In this document: positions 18,714-26,780 of the stretch, piece after piece | Layout of the letters: each line of letters begins with the position of its first letter | How positions within the stretch are numbered: the first letter of the stretch is position 1 | Notes under the pieces: model-generated | The model's input: only the letters and a program-made list of their open reading frames with translations | What the model was told of the DNA's origin: nothing | The model's database searches: none | Assembly: GCA_017610385.1 (NCBI GenBank) | Contig: JAFCCC010000005.1 | Span: 1-39,313, forward strand | Direction: 5' to 3' | DNA length: 39,313 nt | Origin: Candidatus Nanohalarchaeota archaeon | GTDB lineage: Archaea > Nanohalarchaeota > Nanosalinia > Nanosalinales > JAFCCC01 | Translations under genes and position numbers: made by a program

Positions 18714-19013
18714 TTAAATGTTCTTCACAACTACGCTATTTTTTTCTCGGTTAAGTATGTTATCAATAACCCAATATTTGTAATTTCCTATGTTCAGATA
18801 GAGATACGAATTACTTCTAAATTTTCCAGAATATCCTTCTTGATCTATACGTGCCTTGAAATCATCAAATAATTTCTTATCAGACTTAGAAAGTACATTC
18901 CTAACAATATATTCGTGCGGGGTCTCCGGCATCGTTTTTGCAAAAGTCCAAGTATTTTTACTTATAAGTTCCTTGCATTTATCTAAAGAAAATTCTTGGA
19001 GAGTTTTATTCAT
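18714..19013 (-). CDS. Hypothetical protein
   Basis: 99-aa ORF with aromatic-rich motifs WTFAKTMPETPHEY...YKYW; co-oriented with neighbours. Confidence 0.65.
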   Translation of the reverse strand: MNKTLQEFSLDKCKELISKNTWTFAKTMPETPHEYIVRNVLSKSDKKLFDDFKARIDQEGYSGKFRSNSYLYLNIGNYKYWVIDNILNREKNSVVVKNI

Positions 19014-19019
19014 TTTAAC

Positions 19020-19601
19020 CTATTTGAACAACTTTTCAAAATTATTGCAATAAAACTGTATTCCTTCGTCTTCACACGCTTTTTTTGCTATTTCTTTTGC
19101 TTCTATTATTCGTTTTGTTATGTCTTTCCGCTTCGTTAACCATCTTACTATAAAAACAAAATGTGCACTTTTTATTTTCTCTGTATTTAACAACTCTGTA
19201 AGTCGCTCAATATCCTTTTTCAATCTAATTTCCAGATTTTTGTCGGCCCCGCCAATATTTATTTTTATTTCAATTGCATCTTGAAGTCTAACGGAGCTAT
19301 AACCTTTTTTTTCAGGAGATTTGAAAACAAGCCAATTTGTATCTATTTTTGAAATTTCATCTTTGTCAAAAACAACAATATCGATTCGTCCGCCTTCTCC
19401 GGCAAAATATTCTTGATGAACAAGATTTGTTAGATATTCCTTCCCGTTACAATCAAAGAGTCCTAATTTATGTTTAGTATCATATTCTTTCAAAAGTTCA
19501 GAATAAATAAGCCCTTGTATGTCTGATTCGCTATTAAAAATAAACGGGGTTTGATTAATTGTTTCAATTACACGAGTTATGGCTTCTTTTGTTTCTTCCA
19601 T
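19020..19601 (-). CDS. Putative PD-(D/E)XK nuclease
   Basis: SESDIQ helix, HQEY, GRIDIVVF, AIEIK, KKDIERL: restriction-fold pattern. Confidence 0.65.
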   Translation of the reverse strand: MEETKEAITRVIETINQTPFIFNSESDIQGLIYSELLKEYDTKHKLGLFDCNGKEYLTNLVHQEYFAGEGGRIDIVVFDKDEISKIDTNWLVFKSPEKKGYSSVRLQDAIEIKINIGGADKNLEIRLKKDIERLTELLNTEKIKSAHFVFIVRWLTKRKDITKRIIEAKEIAKKACEDEGIQFYCNNFEKLFK

Positions 19602-19625
19602 ATTTGCTGCCTCAGTACAAAAGCC

Positions 19626-19883
19626 TTACTGGGAATTTTTGTGCTTAGTTACTTGCACCCTCACGTTTCTAAGATATTTTTGATTATCTTCATTGAAATG
19701 AATCTTTACGGCATGAAATGCTGCTCTTGAAGTAGTTTTATTGATGCCTTGTTCTTCCATAATTTTGCAGAATGTGTTTTCCTCATCTAACTCTATCAAA
19801 ACCCCATTCCCTTTCTCTATCATATGTTTGTTTAAGAACTCTAAGATACTTTCCCAATACGCTAGTTGGTTTTCTTCATCCAT
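19626..19883 (-). CDS. Hypothetical protein
   Basis: 85-aa ORF with ATG start, first gene of the minus-strand run. Confidence 0.55.
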   Translation of the reverse strand: MDEENQLAYWESILEFLNKHMIEKGNGVLIELDEENTFCKIMEEQGINKTTSRAAFHAVKIHFNEDNQKYLRNVRVQVTKHKNSQ

Positions 19884-19975
19884 AAAATGAAATTACCTTT
19901 TAGTTCTAATAAATCTACTTTTTTCAGCCATTATGCATTTAAGATTTTGAGACTACACATATACTAGTGAGTGTA

Positions 19976-20146
19976 GTGGATAAAGAAGATAAACAGGCTT
20001 TATGGGTTCTTAGTGGTCTAGCTCTTCTAGCATGGCTTTTGAGTAGAAAGCACGGAAAATGTCCAAGATGTAGTTATCCTGTTACCTCTAGAAACCCTCA
20101 TTGTCCGAATTGTGGTCAAGAATTAGACTGGGGGAGATTTGAATGA
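19976..20146 (+). CDS. Small membrane-anchored zinc-ribbon protein (56 aa, not in ORF track)
   Basis: GTG start: MDKEDKQALWVLSGLALLAWLLSRKHGKCPRCSYPVTSRNPHCPNCGQELDWGRFE*; TGA overlaps next ATG (ATGA). Confidence 0.75.
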   Translation: MDKEDKQALWVLSGLALLAWLLSRKHGKCPRCSYPVTSRNPHCPNCGQELDWGRFE

Positions 20147-20400
20147 AAAAAGTACCAAAAAAGATTTCACCACGGGAAACAGCTTTGTCTTGGATATATA
20201 GCTTAATGTGTCTTTTATTGTCCTTAATTTTGGTATTTTGTGCACTTCATTTGTTGAATTATTATATTTACTGCATCAGATTTAATGGATTTTTTAGTAC
20301 AGAAACAATAAAGACGGCCGTTTATCTCATAATTGGATCTTTTTTTGTATTATTTATTAATAGGGATCAAACAAGAAAAATTTTTAAAAGAACCGTCTAA
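20143..20400 (+). CDS. Small two-TM membrane protein
   Basis: Two hydrophobic segments; translationally coupled to the upstream Zn-ribbon ORF. Confidence 0.6.
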   Translation: MKKVPKKISPRETALSWIYSLMCLLLSLILVFCALHLLNYYIYCIRFNGFFSTETIKTAVYLIIGSFFVLFINRDQTRKIFKRTV

Positions 20401-20443
20401 TTTCAATGGATTTTGCACCAAAATAACCAAACGTTTTTAAATT

Positions 20444-21637
20444 TTGGAGAGAGTAGTATTCATACTCAGTCTATTTTCTGGGGCATACACGATGATAAAA
20501 GGGTACTTTTTGATTACAGTAGAATCTTTGATTACTATATCTCTTTTAATTTTAAATTCCTTTTTCTTGCGGGTGGAAAAATATAAATTAATTATTGGTT
20601 GGGTTATGTTTGCCTTATTGGCTGTAGATGTAGCACTAAAGCTATTTAACAAAATTAAAAGTAAGCGTAGAGAAAAGAAGTTAAAAGAAGACAAGGAACA
20701 AAGATGGGAAAAACGGAACAAAGATTTTAAGATAATTAAACAACAGTTACGTGAACAAAAACAACATTATACCGTTTATAAAGATAAACAAGAGAAAGAT
20801 CTTAAAACACTAAATAAATTCTTTTCAAAAAGTTTATTAAATGAAAAGGATGTGTTAAAGTTAGCAAAGTCGGACCAATATTTTGCACTTTATGTGTATA
20901 GTTGGCCTTTCCCCACGATAAAAGATTATGCTTTCAAAACTAAAAGACAGTATCCAATACTACTGAAAAGTTTGGGATTTATTAGGATGGGTAAAGTAAG
21001 TTCATTCTTCATGATAAATAAGACTAAACTAAAACTAAAAAAATTGCAGAATATAGTTGAATTTAAAAGATTTTTAAATAAAACATTAGAAGATGTCAGA
21101 AAAGAGGAGTTTACACTTTATTTAAAAGAAGCTAAAGATCATGACGAAAAACTATATTCAGAGTGCCTTTCAAAGGGTTACAAAAATTATCTAAAAATAA
21201 ACTATCTATTATTTGAAAACATAATTCATCCAGGGAACATTGGTTTCGTTGATGGAGAATTTATTGGTTTAAACAGTAAAAAAATAAATCAAGATCTGGC
21301 GCAGGAGATTTTGGGGGGTATTGATCTAGCAAAAATTAATCTTGATAAAAATACCAAACTCAAAATTAAAGAATACTTTAAAGAACAAGATTTTGACATT
21401 TTACTTGAAGAGGTAGATCAAAAAACAGTTGAATTAATTTCCACTAACCGGGACAAAATAAAATCAAATTTGGGACTGGGCACCATTCTTGACATAGGGA
21501 CTAAAACGTTAGAAGATATTGAAAACATTTTATGCTCAATTGGTGTAAAAAAATACAAAAATGTTGCCTTAAACCTAAAAGATGATGCAAAAAATTATCA
21601 AGAAGCATTGGAGCGTTTGCGCATACAGTTTAACTAA
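20444..21637 (+). CDS. Hypothetical protein, N-terminal TM helices + coiled coil + soluble domain; start may be 20492
   Basis: 397-aa ORF with hydrophobic N-terminus and charged K/E/Q-rich helix. Confidence 0.7.
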   Translation: MERVVFILSLFSGAYTMIKGYFLITVESLITISLLILNSFFLRVEKYKLIIGWVMFALLAVDVALKLFNKIKSKRREKKLKEDKEQRWEKRNKDFKIIKQQLREQKQHYTVYKDKQEKDLKTLNKFFSKSLLNEKDVLKLAKSDQYFALYVYSWPFPTIKDYAFKTKRQYPILLKSLGFIRMGKVSSFFMINKTKLKLKKLQNIVEFKRFLNKTLEDVRKEEFTLYLKEAKDHDEKLYSECLSKGYKNYLKINYLLFENIIHPGNIGFVDGEFIGLNSKKINQDLAQEILGGIDLAKINLDKNTKLKIKEYFKEQDFDILLEEVDQKTVELISTNRDKIKSNLGLGTILDIGTKTLEDIENILCSIGVKKYKNVALNLKDDAKNYQEALERLRIQFN

Positions 21638-21710
21638 AAAAACTTGAATACGGACTTATTTCTAACTGAAACCAAACAATTGAAAATAGTATTCGGTTGT
21701 TATTTTGAAC

Positions 21711-22361
21711 TCATTTATCTTGTGGCTTTCTAGTTATCTTATATTCTTTTCTCCATCGCCCCATAGATGGATAAATTAAAATTTTAATTCTCTCTTTAAA
21801 CGCATGATCTTCGTCTGCAGTTAATCGTGCAGGGTACAATTTTATGATATATTTTTTAGAAAGACTCTGTAAAGCTCCTGATAGAGATTTAAATTCTATT
21901 TTTATAGATAATCTCAAAAGTAGCTCACGAGCACTAATACTCCACCGCATTCTGGGAATTGGTACAGACCATTCTTGACCAGTGTCTTTGTCGTTATAAT
22001 ATTGCTCAGGAGATATTTTTTCACTAAATGCTAATTTTCGTTTTTCTAAAATCTTAAATAATCTTTCTTTCAACTCAATAAATTCCATTTCTTTAGAGTT
22101 TAAATCTACACCAACATACCGCCCAAGCAAAAACCTTTCTTTATTCCAAGTCAAATAAAACTCAAAATTTAGATCTTTTGCAGGCAAATTGCCCACATTT
22201 TCTAAATTCAAATCTAATTCTGAATTAAGATCTAATTTTAAGAGCGGTACGTTTTGAATTCTAAGTTGGTCTACCATTCGTTTATTTTGAAAAGCATAAT
22301 ATCCTGTAACTAGAATCAGTACGAAAGCGAGACTCGCATTCACCCAAGAGGTGGCGTCCAT
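21711..22361 (-). CDS. Hypothetical protein with N-terminal TM anchor
   Basis: ASLAFVLILVTGYYAFQN then LENVGNLPAKDL, a pattern common in island membrane proteins. Confidence 0.7.
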   Translation of the reverse strand: MDATSWVNASLAFVLILVTGYYAFQNKRMVDQLRIQNVPLLKLDLNSELDLNLENVGNLPAKDLNFEFYLTWNKERFLLGRYVGVDLNSKEMEFIELKERLFKILEKRKLAFSEKISPEQYYNDKDTGQEWSVPIPRMRWSISARELLLRLSIKIEFKSLSGALQSLSKKYIIKLYPARLTADEDHAFKERIKILIYPSMGRWRKEYKITRKPQDK

Positions 22362-22456
22362 AATCCTTCTTTTGATTTAAAAGATTAAATATGCGCGCAG
22401 ATAAAACTAAATATCTCATACCCAGTATGCAAACTAAATTAAAATTAATGATAACT

Positions 22457-22726
22457 TCAGGATTTATCAAATGAGTGTCTTACATAAAGATTGATATATC
22501 TGTGTAACCCACTACCGGCAATTGCAAGTTCATGCATCTGATTAATTTTTGATTTTTCAATCTTTTTTGTAGAGTATGTAAACAGTTTCGAATCTTTTAA
22601 GAATTTAACACAGATAAAATCTTCACCCAGTTCATAACTCTCTATTCCAGAAGTTCCACTAAGATTTTTATATTTCTCCATAAGTACTTTTTGTTGAATA
22701 ATCTTTTTACGCATTTCGGCTTCCAA
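22457..22726 (-). CDS. KTSC-like small protein; start likely 22681 (MEKYKNLSG)
   Basis: YKNLSGTSGIESYELGEDFICVKF...FTY...LAIAGSGLHRYIN resembles the KTSC-related family. Confidence 0.6.
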   Translation of the reverse strand: MEAEMRKKIIQQKVLMEKYKNLSGTSGIESYELGEDFICVKFLKDSKLFTYSTKKIEKSKINQMHELAIAGSGLHRYINLYVRHSFDKS

Positions 22727-22921
22727 TTAAACTTCTCAGGGCTTTCTCTTAGTCGCTTTTTCGATACCCGGACTTTACTTCTAAACTGCAAATTTGATAA
22801 CTTAAATTACACACAAAATCATGTACTTTTATTCAATAAACAAGTTATCCCACAACAAAAATAGTTTAGTCATAAAAACATGTATTTTTACTCAAGAAAC
22901 AACTCAATATTTTTCATACAT

Positions 22922-24376
22922 CTATTGCTCTTGTTGACCTTCCCAAATACGCTTGGAGATCTTCTGTAACTCTTGCGGATCGATTTCTCCGTTAATAATT
23001 CCCGTCATAATCTCTTGGAACATTTCTCCGTATTTCTTGCTTTTCTTCTGGAATTCCATCGCCGTCTTTTGGGATAATGGCCTTCGGCAATTCCAGCATA
23101 AACTTCTGTCTCCTGAATTAGTACTGCCACATACACCACAAACAATGCTCTCTTTTTTGTTATCTTTGATCTCGTATCCGTACAATTCACTTAGTACGGT
23201 TTTATCGGTTCTGCTATCATTCATATGAATATAAGTTCCGGGAGTTCTCGAGCCTTGGGCCCAACCAAACATAGAACACATTGTTGCTTCCCCTAATCCA
23301 CTTTCCGCAACAATAGAGGCTCTACGATGTCTGAAATTATGACAATATATTTTACTTGAATCTATTCCTGCTTGTTTGGCCTTAGTTTTAAGAAGCATTC
23401 TTAACGCAGAATAATTCAACGGCTCCCAATCTTTTGCTTTAAAATTACCGCAAGTTGCTTCAAAGGGATATTCACTATTTTTTAATTGATATCTTCCGTC
23501 CTTCACCTTTTCAAATACGCCTTGTTTGATCAAACTATTCTTCTTGTCATATAACAAGTATTTAACGACCCTTTGCGAAAGGCCGGAAATCTTTGCCAAA
23601 TGTTCCACACTCCAAAGCACGTCTCTTCGATTTGCCACAAAGGAAAGTAGAAGGTCTCTGGAATGCTCTCTCTGAGTTTTGCCACAATGTACGCAAGTAG
23701 TCCGTTGTACTTTGATGAATAATGGTGCATCAGGATCTTTTGGACTTAGTGGATCTCCTCCAGCAGGATGTTCTGCGATCCAATTTAGTAAATCTCTAAC
23801 ACACTTAACAACTCTAACAGATCTGATTTTTGTTTTACTTTTGGAAATTGTAATCTTTGCTCCATACTCGTCAAAAATAATATCTCCTAGTTTGATAGAT
23901 AATAATTCAGCTGCCCTGAATCCAGATTCTTCCAATAAAGAAATAATTAATCTTGAACGACTATCGTAACAAACAGAAAGTAATTTTTGAATATCTTCTT
24001 CTGTAGGCATGTCAGATGGAATTTTAGAATTCTTAGCTTTCTTCATTGATTTAAAAACACGTGTTTTACGTGGGAAATCTTCTCCGTCTCCTTCCATCAC
24101 TTTGTAGAATTTTCTGATGGCCACTCTGTAATCATATTTAGTATTTTGAGCATATTTTGACTGATTAATATTATACGCCAAGCGTTCTAATTCTTCTTGA
24201 GTAGAATCAATTAATTTAAATTCAGGATTCATTAATTTGCGAATTGCATTAAAAGAAACTTTGTATTTTTTTATTCTTATTTCACTTAAACCTTCAACAC
24301 TACATTTGTGTAAAAATCTATTTACAGCTCTATCATTTTCCCATATAACGTCTACGACCATTATATTCGACCCCAT
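22922..24376 (-). CDS. Tyrosine recombinase/integrase with C-terminal zinc ribbon and internal Zn-finger/wHTH insertion
   Basis: Catalytic R154 (SGFRAAE), K181, H346-x-x-R349, W372, Y382; CGVC...CWNC ribbon; adjacent to tRNA 3' end. Confidence 0.93.
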   Translation of the reverse strand: MGSNIMVVDVIWENDRAVNRFLHKCSVEGLSEIRIKKYKVSFNAIRKLMNPEFKLIDSTQEELERLAYNINQSKYAQNTKYDYRVAIRKFYKVMEGDGEDFPRKTRVFKSMKKAKNSKIPSDMPTEEDIQKLLSVCYDSRSRLIISLLEESGFRAAELLSIKLGDIIFDEYGAKITISKSKTKIRSVRVVKCVRDLLNWIAEHPAGGDPLSPKDPDAPLFIKVQRTTCVHCGKTQREHSRDLLLSFVANRRDVLWSVEHLAKISGLSQRVVKYLLYDKKNSLIKQGVFEKVKDGRYQLKNSEYPFEATCGNFKAKDWEPLNYSALRMLLKTKAKQAGIDSSKIYCHNFRHRRASIVAESGLGEATMCSMFGWAQGSRTPGTYIHMNDSRTDKTVLSELYGYEIKDNKKESIVCGVCGSTNSGDRSLCWNCRRPLSQKTAMEFQKKSKKYGEMFQEIMTGIINGEIDPQELQKISKRIWEGQQEQ

Positions 24377-24431
24377 ATATCGTAAGAATTCTCACGCTTA
24401 AATATGTGGGGGCTACGAAAACGTACAGTTA

Positions 24432-24524
24432 AGCCCCGAGAGAGATTCGAACTCCCGACCTGCTGCTTACAAGGATCGACCAGTATAAACTGTCAGCCGC
24501 TCTGGCCAGCTGAGCTATCGGAGC
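24432..24524 (-). tRNA. tRNA-Thr(UGU) with 19-nt intron at non-canonical position 30/31 (intron 24475..24493); CCA not encoded
   Basis: GCTCCGA/TCGGGGC acceptor, GCTC/GAGC D-stem, GCTG^C-CTTGTAA-GCAGC after splicing, GTTCGAAT T-loop; BHB: CGGC/GTCG helix with TGA and ATC bulges. Confidence 0.92.
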
Positions 24525-24553
24525 AATTATAGTTTTAATCGTAAAGGTACGCC

Positions 24554-24562
24554 TTTATTAAA
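24554..24562 (-). promoter_or_regulatory. Putative TATA box for tRNA-Thr
   Basis: TTTAATAAA on minus strand ~30 nt upstream of the mature 5' end. Confidence 0.4.
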
Positions 24563-24584
24563 TCTAATATGAAAGTCAAACAAA

Positions 24585-24839
24585 CTATTTTTTATTCAAT
24601 TTTTCTATTCTTGATTTCTTTCCACAATTTTTACACAAAACATAATAAGGTTTTCGGGTAAAATGCTCCTCTCCTTCTTGATTTGAACCGCAGAAAGGAC
24701 ATTTCATTTTAAAGTAAAATGTTTCTCTGTCATAGGAAAACATCATAATTGATCCGGTTTCTTCTTTTTCCTTATTCTTCAACTTTCTATTTGTAACGTA
24801 TTGAACTCTATTATAATCTATATTTGAAAAATCTACCAT
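24585..24839 (-). CDS. Small zinc-ribbon protein
   Basis: CPFC...CKNC, 84 aa. Confidence 0.75.
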   Translation of the reverse strand: MVDFSNIDYNRVQYVTNRKLKNKEKEETGSIMMFSYDRETFYFKMKCPFCGSNQEGEEHFTRKPYYVLCKNCGKKSRIEKLNKK

Positions 24840-24881
24840 AAACTGTCTTTTACAGACAAGAATATAAACCTTTTTTATGTT

Positions 24882-25739
24882 TCATAATAATGCTTGGAAT
24901 TCCTCTAAAACTTCTTTTTTAGTTAAGGAACAATTTGGATATAAATAAGGTAATGGAGAAAATTCCTCAGACTCTACGGTTTCAAGATCTTCTATTGTTT
25001 TCCCAGAAACAAGAGCTTTAATCTCCAATAAATTAATCAAATTTCCAAGATCCTTCCTTTTAGATTCTACGACTTTTATATCCGGATCAAACTCTTTTAA
25101 AATTTCTACAAATTTCTTTTGTCTTCTAGAAATATATTTGAAAGATATTGGATAAATCCTACATCCTCGCTTCATCATTAAAATTGAGGAATAAATATCA
25201 AACTTAGTTTCAAGCAAAGAGAAGATATTACCTTCAATTCCGACGGGAAGTCCGCCGATACAACTTATTTTTTCTGTAAAAATAAAAGATTCTTTATTTC
25301 GAATTTCAATATTAATCCATAAATCTGGATTTGTTAAATCAACTTTCAAATTTAACTTTGTTCTAATCAAATCACCAAGTTTAATTGCAATATCTCTACT
25401 AGAGAATTCATGTGTTCCTGCACGAGTGACTTTTAATCCAAATGTTTTTGGTTTCTTTTCTATTACAAATTTATAACAAACTTTGAATAAATCTTCTAAG
25501 TCTATTGTTGTTTTTTTACAAACAGAAAAAGAAACAATTCCAGGGGTTTTCTTTATTTTTTCAATTATCTTTTCAGTATTGATTTTATAATCAATGTAAA
25601 TTCTACTAAATTCGCATTTAACAGAACAGTTTAATTCATTTAACTGCCTTTTTAAATTCTCAACTAATTTTTTTTCGAACTTTTTCTTAACTTTTGGGCT
25701 CTTTAAACCTAATTCTCCATATCTTGCTAAAATCAACAT
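24882..25739 (-). CDS. thiI: THUMP-domain ThiI-like protein with degenerate PP-loop
   Basis: ILARYGELGLKS, THUMP (FGLKVTRAG...KVDLTNPD), GGLPVG, LMMKRG; SGGxDS replaced by ETKFDI. Confidence 0.8.
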   Translation of the reverse strand: MLILARYGELGLKSPKVKKKFEKKLVENLKRQLNELNCSVKCEFSRIYIDYKINTEKIIEKIKKTPGIVSFSVCKKTTIDLEDLFKVCYKFVIEKKPKTFGLKVTRAGTHEFSSRDIAIKLGDLIRTKLNLKVDLTNPDLWINIEIRNKESFIFTEKISCIGGLPVGIEGNIFSLLETKFDIYSSILMMKRGCRIYPISFKYISRRQKKFVEILKEFDPDIKVVESKRKDLGNLINLLEIKALVSGKTIEDLETVESEEFSPLPYLYPNCSLTKKEVLEEFQALL

Positions 25740-25773
25740 ATTTTTACTTTTTTTATTAAGAATAAATATATAG

Positions 25774-25793
25774 AACTCCGAGCGCTCGGAGTT
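25774..25793. repeat. Perfect 20-bp palindrome AACTCCGAGCGCTCGGAGTT
   Basis: Self-complementary; 14-bp core recurs at 26704..26717. Confidence 0.85.
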
Positions 25794-25834
25794 ATTAAGA
25801 ATTTTATTCTAAATTAATAAGAACTTAATTGACA

Positions 25835-26608
25835 TCAAATCAGGTTTTCTTCTTGTAAGAATTCCTTATATGCCTTTGTTAATGTAGAATTAGTTTTTTC
25901 TGGATTTGTTTGAACTAAATCTACTGCAGAATCTAAAGCGATCTTTACTTTCTGTATTGTTTCAGTCGCCTTAGGAACGTTTAAATACGCATACGAATCT
26001 GAATCAGAAGCAATATCTCTTGCAAGTCCCCAATTCCCTTGTAACCTTATTAATTCATCAGAAACATATGAACCCAATGGATCTGAATATTTGGAAAAGG
26101 GATGGATCATTTTCATCCATTTCCTTACATTCTTTAAAATATCATCTAAATCCTCTGGACGAAGCTTCATGTCTTCTTTTTTTAATAAACTGTCAATAGA
26201 AATCACAGTATCTCTTTCTTTATCTAGTGCACCAATATTCATACGAGTCAAAGAATCTATAATCCGCGGTAAGTTAATTTGATTTGAGAATAATCGGTCT
26301 ATCTCTTCAAAAACCTGTTCTGAGGTTCTTGTTAGTATCTCTTCTTCTAAAAGTTGATCATAACCTAATACCTGAATCTTCCCGTAAGTAGGTTTTTTAA
26401 CAAATAAAGAGGAGAAAGGATCTCTTGTAAAAACACTGACATCAGATACTTTAACTAAGGTGGGCTGGTCAACACCGCTGGTAGGGAATACTCCATAAAT
26501 TACATTAATAGGCAAACAAGAACCATAAGATGATTTTAAATCTGTTTGCTGCCTTTTTTCTGATTCATCTATTCTATCACCATTTTTTCCTAAATCTGTA
26601 GAATTCAT
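25835..26608 (-). CDS. Hypothetical protein
   Basis: 257-aa ORF with no recognised motif. Confidence 0.65.
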   Translation of the reverse strand: MNSTDLGKNGDRIDESEKRQQTDLKSSYGSCLPINVIYGVFPTSGVDQPTLVKVSDVSVFTRDPFSSLFVKKPTYGKIQVLGYDQLLEEEILTRTSEQVFEEIDRLFSNQINLPRIIDSLTRMNIGALDKERDTVISIDSLLKKEDMKLRPEDLDDILKNVRKWMKMIHPFSKYSDPLGSYVSDELIRLQGNWGLARDIASDSDSYAYLNVPKATETIQKVKIALDSAVDLVQTNPEKTNSTLTKAYKEFLQEENLI

Positions 26609-26703
26609 GGTAAGTTATTTCTTTAGAAACTATAAATTCTTTGGTAATGCGAAAGTAACACGGAAAGAAATTATAAAGCAATAAAAATAAATGCATAGGT
26701 AAT

Positions 26704-26717
26704 TCCGAGCGCTCGGA
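26704..26717. repeat. Palindrome TCCGAGCGCTCGGA copy 2
   Basis: Identical to the core of 25774..25793; both are followed by a TTATTA-containing tail. Confidence 0.85.
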
Positions 26718-26780
26718 CATTATTAGTATTTTAAGACGGTAACTATGCAATTAGAACCATCGAGCTTATATTTATAGTGT

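Larger units (their letters stand above)
3619..24442. mobile_element. Integrated ~20.8-kb defence island / integrative element at tRNA-Thr(UGU)
   Basis: Tyrosine integrase directly downstream of tRNA 3' end; 14-bp direct repeat at both ends; R-M, RadC and TA cargo. Confidence 0.85.
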
